Positions 34,956 to 48,125 are shown, numbered from the stretch's first letter. The stretch: 64,000 bases of DNA from Octopus sinensis (GCF_006345805.1 NC_043006.1:71796001-71860000); one strand, 5' to 3'. Numbers and translations are program-made. Notes: a model not told the origin generated them from the sequence alone.

Positions 34956-36969
34956 ATTCAGAATAAGAGAAGTTTGAAGAGGAGGCTGGGCCATATCTAC
35001 AATCACTTATACTGCTGAGATTGAAGTGGTTGACTGTGAAGCTGTATCACCAGCATCAGAAATATAAAACCTGTCTTCATAACAAAAGACATTTGACAAA
35101 AAAATAAAACAGAAATCAATATGCTGTACAATGTGACAGGGTACTTAAGTTCCACCTCTGGTTGAATCTAAAACATGAAAACAGAATCTTAGGAGAAATT
35201 CTTAGGTAAATATCCTTCCCAAGTCCCATAGGGCTGATTTTCTGGTTTCTGTGGCATATATACTCACCCTTTTGTAGGATCACCTATTTTTATCAGCTGA
35301 AAGGACCAGAGTAATGCGAAATGAAATGTTTTGCTCAAGAACACAGCACATTGCCTGGTCCAAGAATTGAAACCAAAATCTTACAATCATGAGTCAAACA
35401 TCTTATCCACTAAGCCATACAACTCTGTATATGAGAAATTGTTGCAAAGCCAAGACTTTACTCAGATAAAGGAAAATGTGATAAAAAAGAAACAATGGAA
35501 CAAGAAATTTCTTTTCACAAGATTTTATTGCCAAACAACCTTCAGTGTGAGTGTATGTGTTTCAGTGTGTAAACATACATACAACATTCCTTCACACACA
35601 CACATTCATCAGATTTACCCATTTCAGCCCATTTACCATAGAAATATGATTTATTTTGACAAGGAGGTTCCCAAGCCAATTTTTCTAGTGGGAGGAAAAG
35701 GAAAAAAGGGGACATAATCCATTTGATTTAATCCCATAAAATATCACCCACGTACCAAACCAGCCCTGCCACCTACAATAATTCTGGTAAAGGTTTTTCA
35801 TCAACCCATGAAGGATGATAGGAAAAGTTAATCCCCAGCAACATTTTGAGCTTGGACTGTGGAGGGATGAAATGAAATGCTCTAAATTCATTTAGGGCAA
35901 AAGTGTTCGACTATTTAGGCCAGGAGTGCTCAACCAATTTGGCTAGAACTGCTTGACCATTTGGGCCATGAGAGCTCTGCTATTTAGGCCTAGAGAGCTC
36001 CATCATGTATTACTCTCATTAGCTCACTACTGCTAGTATTTCTTAACCTAAGATAGTTTGATATATTCCTATTGTTGTTGGCATTGTTGCGGTTGTTGTT
36101 GTTAGCCTGGTCAGCTCTAGTCCAGCAGACCTTAGGCATAGAGGTAGCTAATCAAATATCAGGAGGTATAAAATGTCACAGACCTAGGCAGGTTGCAACA
36201 GGACACTACACATACACATAATCATTATAAGACAGAAACATAGTTTCTGTCTATAAAAAACAGTCACTCTATTCGCTAATGAAATATTCAAATTCTACAT
36301 CTGTATTAAGTATCTCATTTTTGTTATTCTTTGGTGAATGTTATCTGATTGTTTTTAATTTAGAAACACCAACTTCCTAAAATGATGGTGGTAGTGGTGG
36401 AGGATCTCCCTTGTCCGACAATGAGGATGCAGTTGTTTGCTCTTATGAATGACCTGCTGTTGAATTAACATGAATATTCCACAGACACATGTATCCATAA
36501 CATAATTCACAGGCAGAATTAGTGTGACATGACTGTACCTTTGAAACTACAGGTATAATCCAGCCAACAGGCTTCTATACAGCTTCTGTCTACCCAATTT
36601 CACTCACAAGATATGTCTGTAGGTATAGAAAATGACATTTACTCAAGATGCCATGCAGTGGGATCAAAGCTGAGACAGCTTTGTGGCTGTGAACTGGATT
36701 TCTTAAACATTCAGCCATATTGCACCTACAACTAAATTCATATAAAATAACATCGGCCACATGTAACTTTGACCTTTCCAATTCAAACCTTAGAAACTCT
36801 CAGTGGAAGGAGAGGAAAATCCTAAAATGGCCACCACCACCCTGTCCCACAGGCTTATGATATAAAATCAAAGATTAAAAAAAACAACTTTTAAATATAT
36901 CTAAAATAGTGTGTGCATGTGTGTGTGTATATAATATACATACACACACACCATGATGTATATTGGTAG

Positions 36970-37385
36970 AGGTATGGCTGTGTGGTTAAGAAAATTGCTT
37001 CACAACCAAGTTTTGGATTCAGTTTCGATTTTGTAGTACTGTGGCCTATTAGTGCCTCAGACTGACCAATACTTTATGAGTGAAATTAGTAGATGGAAAC
37101 TGTATGGAAGCCTGATATATCAGATATATATATATATGTATGTGTGTCTGTGTGTGTATGTATGTGACTGTCAACTTATACATGGTGTCATTGTTTAGAT
37201 CTACTGCAAAAAAAAAACAACAAAAAACCCACCATTGAGCAGTTCATTGTTCGAAAGACCAGGGGAAAAAATATCTTACTAGGAAACAAAGGTCGGTGAC
37301 AGGAAGGAAATCCAGCTGTAGGAAAACTGGCTCAATAAGTCTTGTCTGACCCATACTAACATGGGAAGTGGACATTAAAACAATA
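36970..37385 (+). mobile_element. SINE with family A head and RTE-like tail (A+G chimera)
   Basis: ggtatggctgtgtggttaag head, microsatellite, then gacaggaaggaaatccagctgtag...ggacattaaaa tail. Confidence 0.7.
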
Positions 37386-38437
37386 TTCATGAGGATAATA
37401 CATATCATGGCATTGTTACAGAAATTTATAGACAAAAAAAGTAGAAGGTGTACTTGTATATCAGATATTATTATTATTGTTGTTGTTATTATTATTATTA
37501 TTTCTATTACTACTAGCATTGGATTATGTCATTGAGGACTGAATCTTTATATTTGTGCTATTCATATATTTTTGCCGTGAAATAAAATCCTATAAATTTT
37601 CTGCAAGACTAATTTTACATGCTATGTTGACTTTCCTTTTAAATTTTCTTCTGCCTAAATCTGAAGAAGACATTACAAATCAGGTGTCACCTGTCTTATC
37701 CAACTTCATGAATGATTGAGAATGAGAGAGGAGCAATGAAGACATGAGGCTGCCAGTCAAAGATAGGTAATGATGATGGGAGTGTGTTATATGCAACTGG
37801 TTTGCTACATGTTGATTACATGAGGTAAAATTATTATGAAAGTGATAATGGAGTGAGTGAGCTCTAATATCCATTCTCAAATGACAGGGGAGGGAGGTCA
37901 GTGGTTTATTGTTTCATTGTCATTACCCGTCTCCAAAAATTAATTAAGAAAAAAAAAGTGTGGGTGCATGTTGTGGGAAGGGAATACTGTTAAGATCCAT
38001 TCCATGAATGGAAGAGTTATATGGGGGGAGGGGGTTCTGCCACTTCCCAGCCCTAAGCCACACAATTCATCCACCTCCAATTGGTAGTCTAAAATACCTG
38101 CCCACCAATATTGAAGTATGAATTACAAGCGAGATGGTAGTGGTGGGCTGTGAAATGGGGTGTGGCACAGTAATGAGTTAATCCCACCCCTTGTTGAGAC
38201 TTGTAGGCAGAGACACAGACTGGACTTAAGAGTGGGGTGGAGTAATTGTTGTTGTGGGTGGTGATGGTGGAGGGAGGAGAGACATCTCATTTATCAACTT
38301 GCTGAAAGATGCCGCCACTAGGAGAGGAAGAATACCATTTTGTTCCAAAAACGTTTTTTTAATTTAAAAAAAAAATTAAAATAACAAAAAAACTTCTTTT
38401 TCCAGATTCGATACATTTAAATTTTGATCAATCTTTC

Positions 38438-38468
<31 letters not shown>

Positions 38469-39504
38469 ACTATTACTACTACTACTATAGTTTACTATAC
38501 ATACATATATATATATATACATACATACATTATATATATTTATATATATACATATATATATATGATTATTGGATTATTGTTGTCGTTGTTATAATTATTA
38601 TTATTATTATTTTGAACAACAAGCATACAAATGTTCAGTAAGAAAGGTTGCAAGGTGAAAAGTTTTTTTTTTTTATTTTTCAGAAGTTCAAAAAAGTGGG
38701 GTGGAAAAAGGATTGCTGAAGGTCATGTGGTTGTAGTTAAACTCGATGAGATGTTTCCCAAGCAACTCAACTTCTCTGCCAGTTCTCCAACATGACAGCC
38801 TCAAAGATGTACTTTTGTTTATCCATGCCACACCTCTACCTTACCCAAATCCTATATTATTATAATGTTCTTTGCCTCTAAGCTTGAATACTGATCAGAA
38901 CCATGAAGTTTAGAACCCTCAAACATTAGTACGTGGTTCATAGTTAGTAGTTAATGTTATGTTGTTGATATTGTTGTCAGTTAGGGGGAGTAGAAAGTAC
39001 CCTGACTGTTTGCGAGGTAGATGCCTTACCAACTGATCCACGACAAAGATATTCTTTGCAATGAGGTTTCACACCAGAAATGTTACTTATTTTTGAAGGA
39101 TTTTCTTATAAACAGTAAATATAATGGATATTGCTTCAGATCTGGGTAGACAATGGCACAACTATGAGTAGGTAGATGATACTATTACCTCACCAGGTAG
39201 GTAGAAAAATTTTTCCTCGATGTTTGCCATGGAAACACTTAAAAATCTTGTCATCCTTCGTTCTTACATGCTTAATATCTGATATCATTTAACATAGTTC
39301 TTCAAGGATGAGGGTAAAGTAGAGAAAGATGGTTTAATTTAAACCAGCTGTGTTGATTCATAAATGTGTTACCAAGTTAATTATTCAGGAGCTGAGGAGA
39401 ATTAGTTGAAATTGGGACTCCTAGAATGTTACTTTTAGAATGATGCTCTCTAGAGGGCAACATCATTATCCTATTTTCTCGGTAAGGTGATAGAGGAATC
39501 GACT

Positions 39505-41406
39505 CTAGAAAAATATGTTGTAATCAATATCAAATTTTATGGGTTCGATGACGCGGTTCTCGGAATGTGTCGGAGGTAAATTATCAGCTTCAGGGACCGC
39601 TTCACTGGTGTCCAACTGAAATTGTCCAGCATTTGCTTCAATGTGAAGCTGTCTGTGTTCAACCAACTGGTTATATTGAAAGAACTCAACACCACAAATT
39701 TCACAAGGGAAAGCTTTCTCCTCGGCATGAGAACGTCGGTGAATTGATAAATAATCGTTACGGGTGAAAGCTTTACCACAAATTTCACACACATATGGCT
39801 TCTCACCTGTGTGTACCCGTCGATGGCAGGACAGATAGTCTTTCCGAGAGAAGTTTTTACCACAAACTTCACACTGGTATGGTTTCTCACCAGTGTGAGT
39901 ACGTCTGTGAGAAACAAGGACGTGACTCTGAGAGAAAGATCGACCGCAGATTTCACATGGAAATGGCTTCTTTTCGGCATGATTAATTTTATGGCGTTGT
40001 AAATAAGTTATGTCAGAGAAAGCCCTGTTACAGATCTCACAATGGAAGGGCCGATTTCCTGTGTGTTTTTCCTTGTGAGCCTCTAATTTACTACTACAAT
40101 CAAATGACCTGGCACATATGTCACAGCTGTAGGGCTTCTCGTTACATTGGCTATCTTTGTGTTCTATAAAAGCATTCTTTTCAGAGAATTCCTTGCCACA
40201 TGCTTTGCAATGGAATGATGACTTCTCAGTAGAAATATCTTCTTTGAGGGGGACATCATCACAGTCTTTAGAAAATGATTTATCAAACACACCGAGAGTA
40301 AGGTCTTTGCCATCATCATGAATCACTTTGTGTTGAAGTAACGAGGCTTCATCAGAGAAAATCTTATTACATATATCACATTCAAACGTTCCCTCCCTGA
40401 AGTGGATATATCTATGACGCATTAAATTACGTTTTAGAGAGAATATTTTGCCGCAAATGTCACAAAAAGGCTTCACTTTCGCATGAGTTAGCTTGTGACA
40501 TTGGAAAGTACTCTTAAATGAGAATTTTTTCCCACAAATATCACATTCGTAGGGTTTTTCTCCAGTATGAGTACGTACATGAAGGGATAAATCACATGGT
40601 CGTAAAAATGCTTTACCACAAACCTCACATAAGTGCGGCTTTTCTCCAGTGTGTGCTCTTCTGTGGTCGGACAAATGGCAATTCCGTGAAAATGCTTTAC
40701 CACAGAATTCGCAATGAAATGGTTTCTCTCCAGTATGAATACGCTTGTGCCGAGTCAACTTACAATTCTGAGAAAAAGATTTGCCACAAAATTCACAGTA
40801 GAATGCTTTCTCTGTCAAGGGCATCTGTTTCTTGAAGGTGGTTAATTTACTGCTCTCAAGAAGTGTCTTAGCAACAAAATCTGCATCAAATGTCTTCCCA
40901 GATATGAGAATCTCTTTGTTATTGGTCAGCAGGCTGTTCTCAGGGAATGGCTCTTGAGACAAATCTCTTTCAGATGTCTCCTTATCCAACTCAGTTTGTT
41001 TGTTGTTTGCGATTAAATTACTGTCCCCTGGAAATGCCTTCCCAGATATTTCACTATTAAAACTTTCCTCTTCATCAGACTGAGTGGAGTCTTTCTGATT
41101 TCCCAAGCCACTCTTCACTGGATATGCCTTCTCTAACGTATCGCTGTCGGATGTTTTCTCATCTGACCCAGCTTGCTTGTAGTTGCTAGACTTATTCTTC
41201 TCAGGCAAAGTCATATCAGACATTTCACTATCAGATGATTTCTCACTTGACGGAGAGCCTTTGTGATTTGCAGACTGACTATTCTCAAGAAACGACTCGT
41301 CAGATATGTCACGAAACGTTTTCATACCTAATGGACTTCCTTCCTGACTGGTAGACTGACAGTTTTCAGTAAATGCCTCATTAGACATGTCACTGTTATA
41401 CTCCAT
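39505..41406 (-). CDS. C2H2 zinc-finger protein, 633 aa (ZNF-B): about 200-aa acidic/Ser-rich N-terminus, 12 C2H2 fingers, one C2HC variant, one dead internal finger
   Basis: Uninterrupted ORF with TGEKP linkers; likely exon acceptor ctttctattgtAG at 41624-41625 giving a 217-nt leader. Confidence 0.95.
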   Translation of the reverse strand: MEYNSDMSNEAFTENCQSTSQEGSPLGMKTFRDISDESFLENSQSANHKGSPSSEKSSDSEMSDMTLPEKNKSSNYKQAGSDEKTSDSDTLEKAYPVKSGLGNQKDSTQSDEEESFNSEISGKAFPGDSNLIANNKQTELDKETSERDLSQEPFPENSLLTNNKEILISGKTFDADFVAKTLLESSKLTTFKKQMPLTEKAFYCEFCGKSFSQNCKLTRHKRIHTGEKPFHCEFCGKAFSRNCHLSDHRRAHTGEKPHLCEVCGKAFLRPCDLSLHVRTHTGEKPYECDICGKKFSFKSTFQCHKLTHAKVKPFCDICGKIFSLKRNLMRHRYIHFREGTFECDICNKIFSDEASLLQHKVIHDDGKDLTLGVFDKSFSKDCDDVPLKEDISTEKSSFHCKACGKEFSEKNAFIEHKDSQCNEKPYSCDICARSFDCSSKLEAHKEKHTGNRPFHCEICNRAFSDITYLQRHKINHAEKKPFPCEICGRSFSQSHVLVSHRRTHTGEKPYQCEVCGKNFSRKDYLSCHRRVHTGEKPYVCEICGKAFTRNDYLSIHRRSHAEEKAFPCEICGVEFFQYNQLVEHRQLHIEANAGQFQLDTSEAVPEADNLPPTHSENRVIEPIKFDIDYNIFF

Positions 41407-42808
41407 TTTTATAGGGTGGGTGATGATATTCTAGTTGAAACTGTGTTGGTCAGATCACACAAAATAACTGTACATTGACACCAGTTAGTCCTGAGAGATG
41501 ATGTCCTGTCCACTTCAGTTTAAGGAACGTTGACAATCTACATCTTAAAGTTGCTGCTTCAGTAATTCACCATTGTTCCAGGTTACATCTTCAAATGGCA
41601 ATTCAGCTTCCTCTTGGCAGTTCCTACAATAGAAAGCAGACAGACATGTTTCTTATCAGAACAAGAATAAACAGGGAAAATAAACCATCACACATTACAT
41701 ATTTAAATATTACTCTACACAGTTTTATTTTGCTACACCAGACATTGCATATAGCTGTATATATGTATGTTTGTACACACATATTCTTTCTCTCTTTATC
41801 TCCATACACACGCACAAGATTTAGAAATATGTTTGGTGTCTAATGTGCTGTGTATTGTGTATTTTAAAGACAGCAGAGAACTGGGGATTTGTGGAAAATA
41901 AGCTGGCTGCTGCACAAAATATTTTAAACAATGACATAGAAACCCCTAAGCCAAAAAGAGAACTGCTATATGATCACATGAGTTGTTACAAATAAAAGCC
42001 CAATCTTCCTCATATCACATCCTCACAAAAAAAGAAAGAAAGAAAGACAGAAAAGAAAAAAGGTGTGGGAGGGACACACTGACTAGTATAATTCTAAATA
42101 AAATATGTTTTGAATAAAAAAAAAAGTCAGGATGGTTACAGATGGAAAATATTTAACTACAGGTTTGCTAGATCACATCAGAGCCAATATTAAACAACCA
42201 TCATAGAGAAAACATCCCTTGTTGGCAAAGTATTCCCTCATTTAAAAACATTCAAAAGAATTTGATAGGGAAAAATCAACTACTACATTTAGTCAATCAA
42301 GTGTCTACACAGACATCTTAGTAACCTGTGCAGTTCCTCTTTTAGAGATGGCAAAGAATTAGTGCAGTAAGACATGGCTGCTAAATTGAAGCTCCTTTGC
42401 CTTCTTGGCTTTCTGATTATTTCCTCAACAAAATAGTGATATTGATTTTTTTTTCTTCTCATGGCACACAGCCAATTTTTCCTAAGAAACAGTCAATTTA
42501 CAAGCATTATTTCACTGCCCCTTTAGAGATGAATGCTAAAGTTAGGCTCTAGTGGATGTGAAACCCAAAGCAAAACAGCACTAACCTAAATACCACAAAG
42601 TATCTAGACTGCTTAACAACTGACTAACCCCCAAATCATTGCAACAGAATAAACTCAGGTTTCAAATTTTGATACAAAGCCAGCAATTTTGGGGGAGGGA
42701 GTCAGTCGATTACATCAACCCCAGTGTTCGACAGGTACTTATTTTCTCGACCCTGAAAGGATGAAAGGCAACTTAGACCTCCACAATAGAATAAATATTA
42801 ACAACGAC

Positions 42809-43835
42809 AGGTGCAGGAATGGCTGTGAGGTAAGTAGCTTGCTTACCAACCACACGGTTCTGGGTTCCATCCCACTGCGTGGCACCTTGGACAAATGTCT
42901 CAGGCCAACCAAAGCCTTGCGAGTGGATTTGGTACACGGAAACTGAAAGAAGCCTGTTGTGTATACATATTATATATATGTTTGTGTATGTGTTTATCCC
43001 CCAACCCCACCATCGCTAGAGTGGCTGTGTGGTAAGTAGCTTGCTTACCAACCACATGGTTCTGTGTTCAGCCCCACTGCATGGCACCTTGGGAAAGTGT
43101 CTTCTACTATAGCCTCAGGCTGACTAAAGCCTTGTGAGTGGACTTGTTAGACAGAAACTGAAAGAAGCCTGTCGTATATATATATATATATTTGTGTGTG
43201 TGTGTGTATGTTTGTGTGTCTGTATTTCTGTATTTGTCCCCTTCACCATCACTTGACAACTGATGGTGTGTGTACGTCCCTGTAACTTACCAGTTCAGCA
43301 AAAGACATTGATAGAATAAGTACTAAGCTTACGAACAATAAGTCCTGGGGTCGATTTGTTTGACTAATAGGCGGTGCTCCAGCATGGCCACAGTTAAATG
43401 ACTGAAACAAAAGATAAAAGAAAAAAAATACTTGTAGGCACAGGAGTGACTGTGTGGTAAGTAGCTTGCTTACCAACAACATAGTTCCAGGTTCAGTCCC
43501 ACTGCGTTGCACCTTGGGCAAATGTATTCTACTATACCCTCGGGACAACCAAAGCCTTGTGAGTGGATTTGGTACAGAGAAACTGAAAGAAGCCCATCGT
43601 ATATATGTATATGTATATATGTGTGTGTGTGTGTGTGTGTCTGTGTTTGTCCCCCCAACATCGCTTGACAACCGATGATGGTGTGTTTATGTTCCTGTAA
43701 CTTAGCAGTTCGGCAAAAGAGACTGATAGAATAAGTACTAGGCTCACAAAGAATAAGTCATGGAGTCGATTTGCTCGACTAAAGGCAGTGCTCCAGCATG
43801 GCCACAGTCAAATTACTGAAACAAGTAAAAGAGTA
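42809..43835 (+). mobile_element. Three tandem SINE family A copies (starts 42809, 43018, 43436)
   Basis: The ggctgtgtggtaagtagcttgcttaccaac head, with minor variants, occurs three times head-to-tail. Confidence 0.88.
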
Positions 43836-44609
43836 AGTTACTTTAGGCATAAGTCAAGCAATTCTCAAGGGAGTGGGTTAGGAGATTAAATCAATCTCAG
43901 TATTTCACAGGTACTATTTTTCATCGACCCTGAAAGGATCTGAACACAGAATATAAAGGGTTAGAAGAAATACTGCGAAGCATTTCACCCAGCGCTTTAA
44001 CAATTCTACCAACTTTATTTGCTAAGGACAATGAATGAAAGAGATATTACAAATTACAAAATCATTGCAGGAAAGGCAGAATTCATCATCATCATCATCA
44101 TCATCAGCACCATCATAGCCTCATCATCTTTTAATGCATACTTTTCCATATTTGCACGCATCAGACAAAATTTGCTAAGGCAAATTTTCTACAGCTGGAT
44201 ACCCTTCCTGTTGCCAACTTTTACCTGTTTCCAAAAAAAGTAATATTTCCCATAACTAAATATGTTTTCTACAGAAGACTGGGATCAAGCAACATCACTG
44301 ACATGATGGTGATGCACATTTGCAACCACCACATAATGTCTAGACAAGACTATATACAAAAACACACATACACACACATTTAGGACAGACTTCTCTCAGT
44401 TTTTATCTACCAAATCCATTCACAAGACTTTAGTTGGCTCAGGCTTATAGTAGAAGACACTTTTCTCAAAGTACCATACAGTGGGATTGAGCCTGACAAG
44501 CTTGCACCAGATTATTAAAAGAAAAAGTATGACATAAGACATCCCAGCAGGGATTACTCTGGCTAATGAAGTTATTTACCCTGTCCAAACGGTGTTCTCT
44601 GGACTACAG

Positions 44610-46480
44610 GCACATACTGAAAGTAAACCTGTTTGTGCAACCATCCTTGCCACTCACACCCACCATTCAGCTTTTTACAAGAGGGCCAGCATCTCTGTCC
44701 CCTCTCACTCTAAGTGAAACTTAGAGAAATTGATGAGGGCTTGGCCCAAAAGGAAAATGTATTCACTTGTTTCAGTCTTGTCCACCAAACAATCTCATTC
44801 TACAAACCAGCAATGCTTGAACATTGTTTGAATATGTGCAGAATATGACAAACCATGGACAATCACCAGCTAATGTCATGTAAAGTTTGTCCCAAACTGA
44901 CAATGCCTCCTTGTAGCACTTTCAGAACAAGGATTTCTGCAAGTTGTTCATAATTAAAAATCAGACTCCTGATAATGTTGTTGCTTTTACCCACTACTGA
45001 CCCCTTATAAAATGCAAGAGTTGACATACCACCAGCCATGTTATCCAACTAGTAAAGAATTGTGTGCACATGATATTTTGTAAATTGGATGCCCAGCTTT
45101 GGCCCTCACTTGACCCAGGACCAGCTCTGTTAAAAAGATGAGCTTATAAATGACAACCACATCATCTCATTGTCCACAAAGTTTTGTAGCCACTGCAACC
45201 TCAGTACATGCTTGTGCATAATCAACTATGGTATATCAAGCCCTTTGTGAAAAGGACATGAGTAGCAGATGGACTCCTATTACAAGTGGAACATGGCCCT
45301 TACAAAAAGTGAAAAAGCAGATGCTCCAGCTTAATCAGATGAAAATTAGAGCAAAGCATGATGGGTAGGTGGTAATAAATAATGGATGAGATGTATATAA
45401 TTGCTAGGTTTGCTTGGCATTTCGGGGATGTCTCATTTCTAGGTGAGACTAGAGACTCTGCTTGTAACCTTGCTCCAATTCCTATTTGTTTAATGGTCTG
45501 GCCCAGACTAGATCTTAACAGAACCTTTAGTACAACACCTCATGACATGTACTGCTTAACAAGTACTTCTGTCAACATCACACTAATTTCTTTGGTTTCT
45601 GTTGTGTCAATATTCTGTAAATGATGACATGGCCTTCCCATGTACCAATTTCAATGGGATACCCTTCAGCACATTAGCAGTCTCTACAGCAGTAGCTCAA
45701 GAGCCACAACATATACTGTATTTGAGGGTACAAAAGGCACACAGGCATTAGATGCACTCCAATTTCAACAGTACATATTAGGGAATAGAAGTTTTTAGTG
45801 CATTAAAGCTTACTGTAGGTCCAACCTCACACATAGGACCAAGGGTGATTTTTGGACACATTCTTTTGGCAAAAAAAGTGTTTTATATGTCATCAAATAT
45901 AGTATACACTTGAGAGAAGACACCCATGACAAATCAAGCATGTTCAATATAAGAGTTGTCTCATAATAAACATGCCTGGTTCTGATAGGTAATCATTCAG
46001 TCTAACTACTAAACATATGTCACTGTATGGTAAAAGAATCTGATCTCCAAAACTAGGACCAAAACCAATTGCACTGAGTGAGAACTGCTTCCAAGTACTA
46101 ACGGTTGACCCTATCAAAGTGTCTGAATTAACCCAAATGGATCAGAGCCCTGCTTAAGGTTTAATATCCATCTTCTCTATGATATATTACATGAGGTGAA
46201 TAGATTACCTTAGAATTGTGAAGGTCTCCACACCCCTTAATTACGAAGCTGATGACAAGCATCAACAGCTTTACAAACACCTTCGTCAAAGTCTTAAACT
46301 CTGCATTCAGCAGAGTTATGGGCCTGAAAATACTGATGGTGACCCACTTGTTTGTGTCCTTTCCCAATACTGGTATCCTTTTCCAGTTAATATTGCTGTG
46401 AATGACAGCACTGTTGTTGTTCATTGCAATAAACTTCTGCCAAAGAAGGAGAAAACAAGTCTGGCATGTATCCATAATAA
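44610..46480 (-). mobile_element. Decayed Tx1/L1-clade non-LTR retrotransposon ORF2 (RT to C-terminus)
   Basis: Minus frames give FRPITLLNAEFKTLTKVF, HFDRVNR*YLEAVL..FGP, NWSKVTSRV, LIKLEHLLFHFL, GQALINF; many stops and frameshifts. Confidence 0.8.
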
Positions 46481-46529
46481 CAATGATTTCTTACATTGGT
46501 ACAAGGCCACAAATTTGTAGGGAAGTAGG

Positions 46530-48125
46530 TAGAAATGATCGAATCAATTCCAGTACTTGACAGGTATTTATTTTATTGATCCCAAACAGCAAAGCCAACC
46601 CTAGTGGAATTTAGAAACTCCGGACAAAACTAAATAATAGTGTTTTCAAATTTTGCCACAAGGCCAGCAATTCTGCGGGAGGGTGAAAGTTGATTACACT
46701 GATACCAACACTCAACTGGTACTTATTTTATCAATTCCTGAAAGGATGAAAATCTAAGTCAACCTCAGCAGAATTTGAACACAGAATGTAAATACGTGTG
46801 AAATGTCACTAAGCATTTTGCTTGGTGTGCTTTTCTATTATTGGCACAGGGCCAGCAATTTCAAGGGAGGGGGTAAGTTGATTACAATGACATAAATGCT
46901 CAACTGATAATCATTTTATCGACCCTGAAAGGGGTGAAAGGCAAAGTCAATCTCAGTGGAATTTGAACTCAGAACATAAAGACATAAAATGCCACTAAGG
47001 CATTTTGCCCAGCATGTTAATGATTCTACCAGCTCACTGCCTCACAAAACTAAATAATAATGGTAACAATTTGGAGGGAGGGGATGAGTTGATTACATCA
47101 ACCCCAGTGTTCAACAGGTGCTTAATTTATTGACCCCAAAACGATGAAAGGCAAAGTTGACCTCAGCAGAACTTGAACTTAGAATGCAGCGATGGGCGAA
47201 ATACGGCCAAGCATTTCGTCAAGCATGCTAATGACTCTACCAGCTCGCTGCCTTACAAAACTAAATCATCATCATCATCATCATCATCATCGTTTAACGT
47301 CCGCTTTCCATGCTAGCATGGGTATTTACTTCAACACAGGCCATTTCTGCCACACCACCACCACCACCACCACAACAACAACAGCAGTAGTAGTTGCTGC
47401 TGCTTATTTTTGCCTGAATCCAAAACCTAAAATTTTTAGTATAAGGAATGTGATTTTGAGAGATTCATGCTGTTCTCTAAGTTTTTTTAGTAAGAAAAAA
47501 TATAGAGAGAGATCCAAGATGTATTATGGAAATCTTTTTCTCTTTCTGCCTTAGAGTAGGAGGGGGAACTTGTAGGTGCAAATGGGAGTTCACCAGGTAA
47601 TAAATTTATTGATTCTCTTTTGCTGTCCATGTCTGACCCTGGATAGATGAAAGGCAAGGATAACTGTGACGAGGTTTGAACCCAGAATGTAAACAGCCTA
47701 AAGAAATACTGCAAAGTATTGTTCCCAAAGTTCTAATGATTTTAATAATATTGATTTCAAATTTTTGGGCTCAAGGCCAGCAATTTCAGGGGAAGAGCTA
47801 AGTTCAATCAACCCCAGTATTTAACTGGTACTTATTTCATCAACCCTGATGAAATTTGAACTCAGGATGTAAAAGCAAACAAAATACCAACTTAATGATT
47901 CTAATAATATTAACAACAACAACAATAGTTTCAAATTTTGACACAGAGCCAGCAGTTTTTGAGGGGAGAGGGGGAAGTCGATTACATCAACCCCAGAACT
48001 TTCTTTATCAATTCCAAAAGGATGAAAGGCAAAGTCGACCTCAGCAGAATTTAAACTCAAAATGTAAACAGTCAGAAGAAACACTAATGACATGCTAATG
48101 ATTCTGCCAATTCACCAGCTTATTC
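46530..48125 (-). repeat. Head-to-tail array of about 7 degenerate family C SINE copies
   Basis: Recurrent aaggccagcaatt / gaaaggatgaaaggcaaagt / gaatttgaactcagaa on the + strand. Confidence 0.8.

Noticed and set aside
36364-36460. Apparent + strand exon (..DGGSGGGSPLSDNEDAVV..)
   Set aside because: The protein-like frame is closed by a TAA just after the acceptor, and its 3' part overlaps what looks like a decayed SINE relic.
39537-40835. Antisense and alternate-frame ORFs overlapping ZNF-B
   Set aside because: Same shadow-ORF effect of tandem C2H2 coding sequence.
43249-43747. Recurrent ORFs with ..GTEPGTMWLVSKLLTTQ.. or MLAWVG.. peptides across the window
   Set aside because: Translations of SINE family A and RTE 3'UTR copies; the recurrence reflects repeats, not a gene family.
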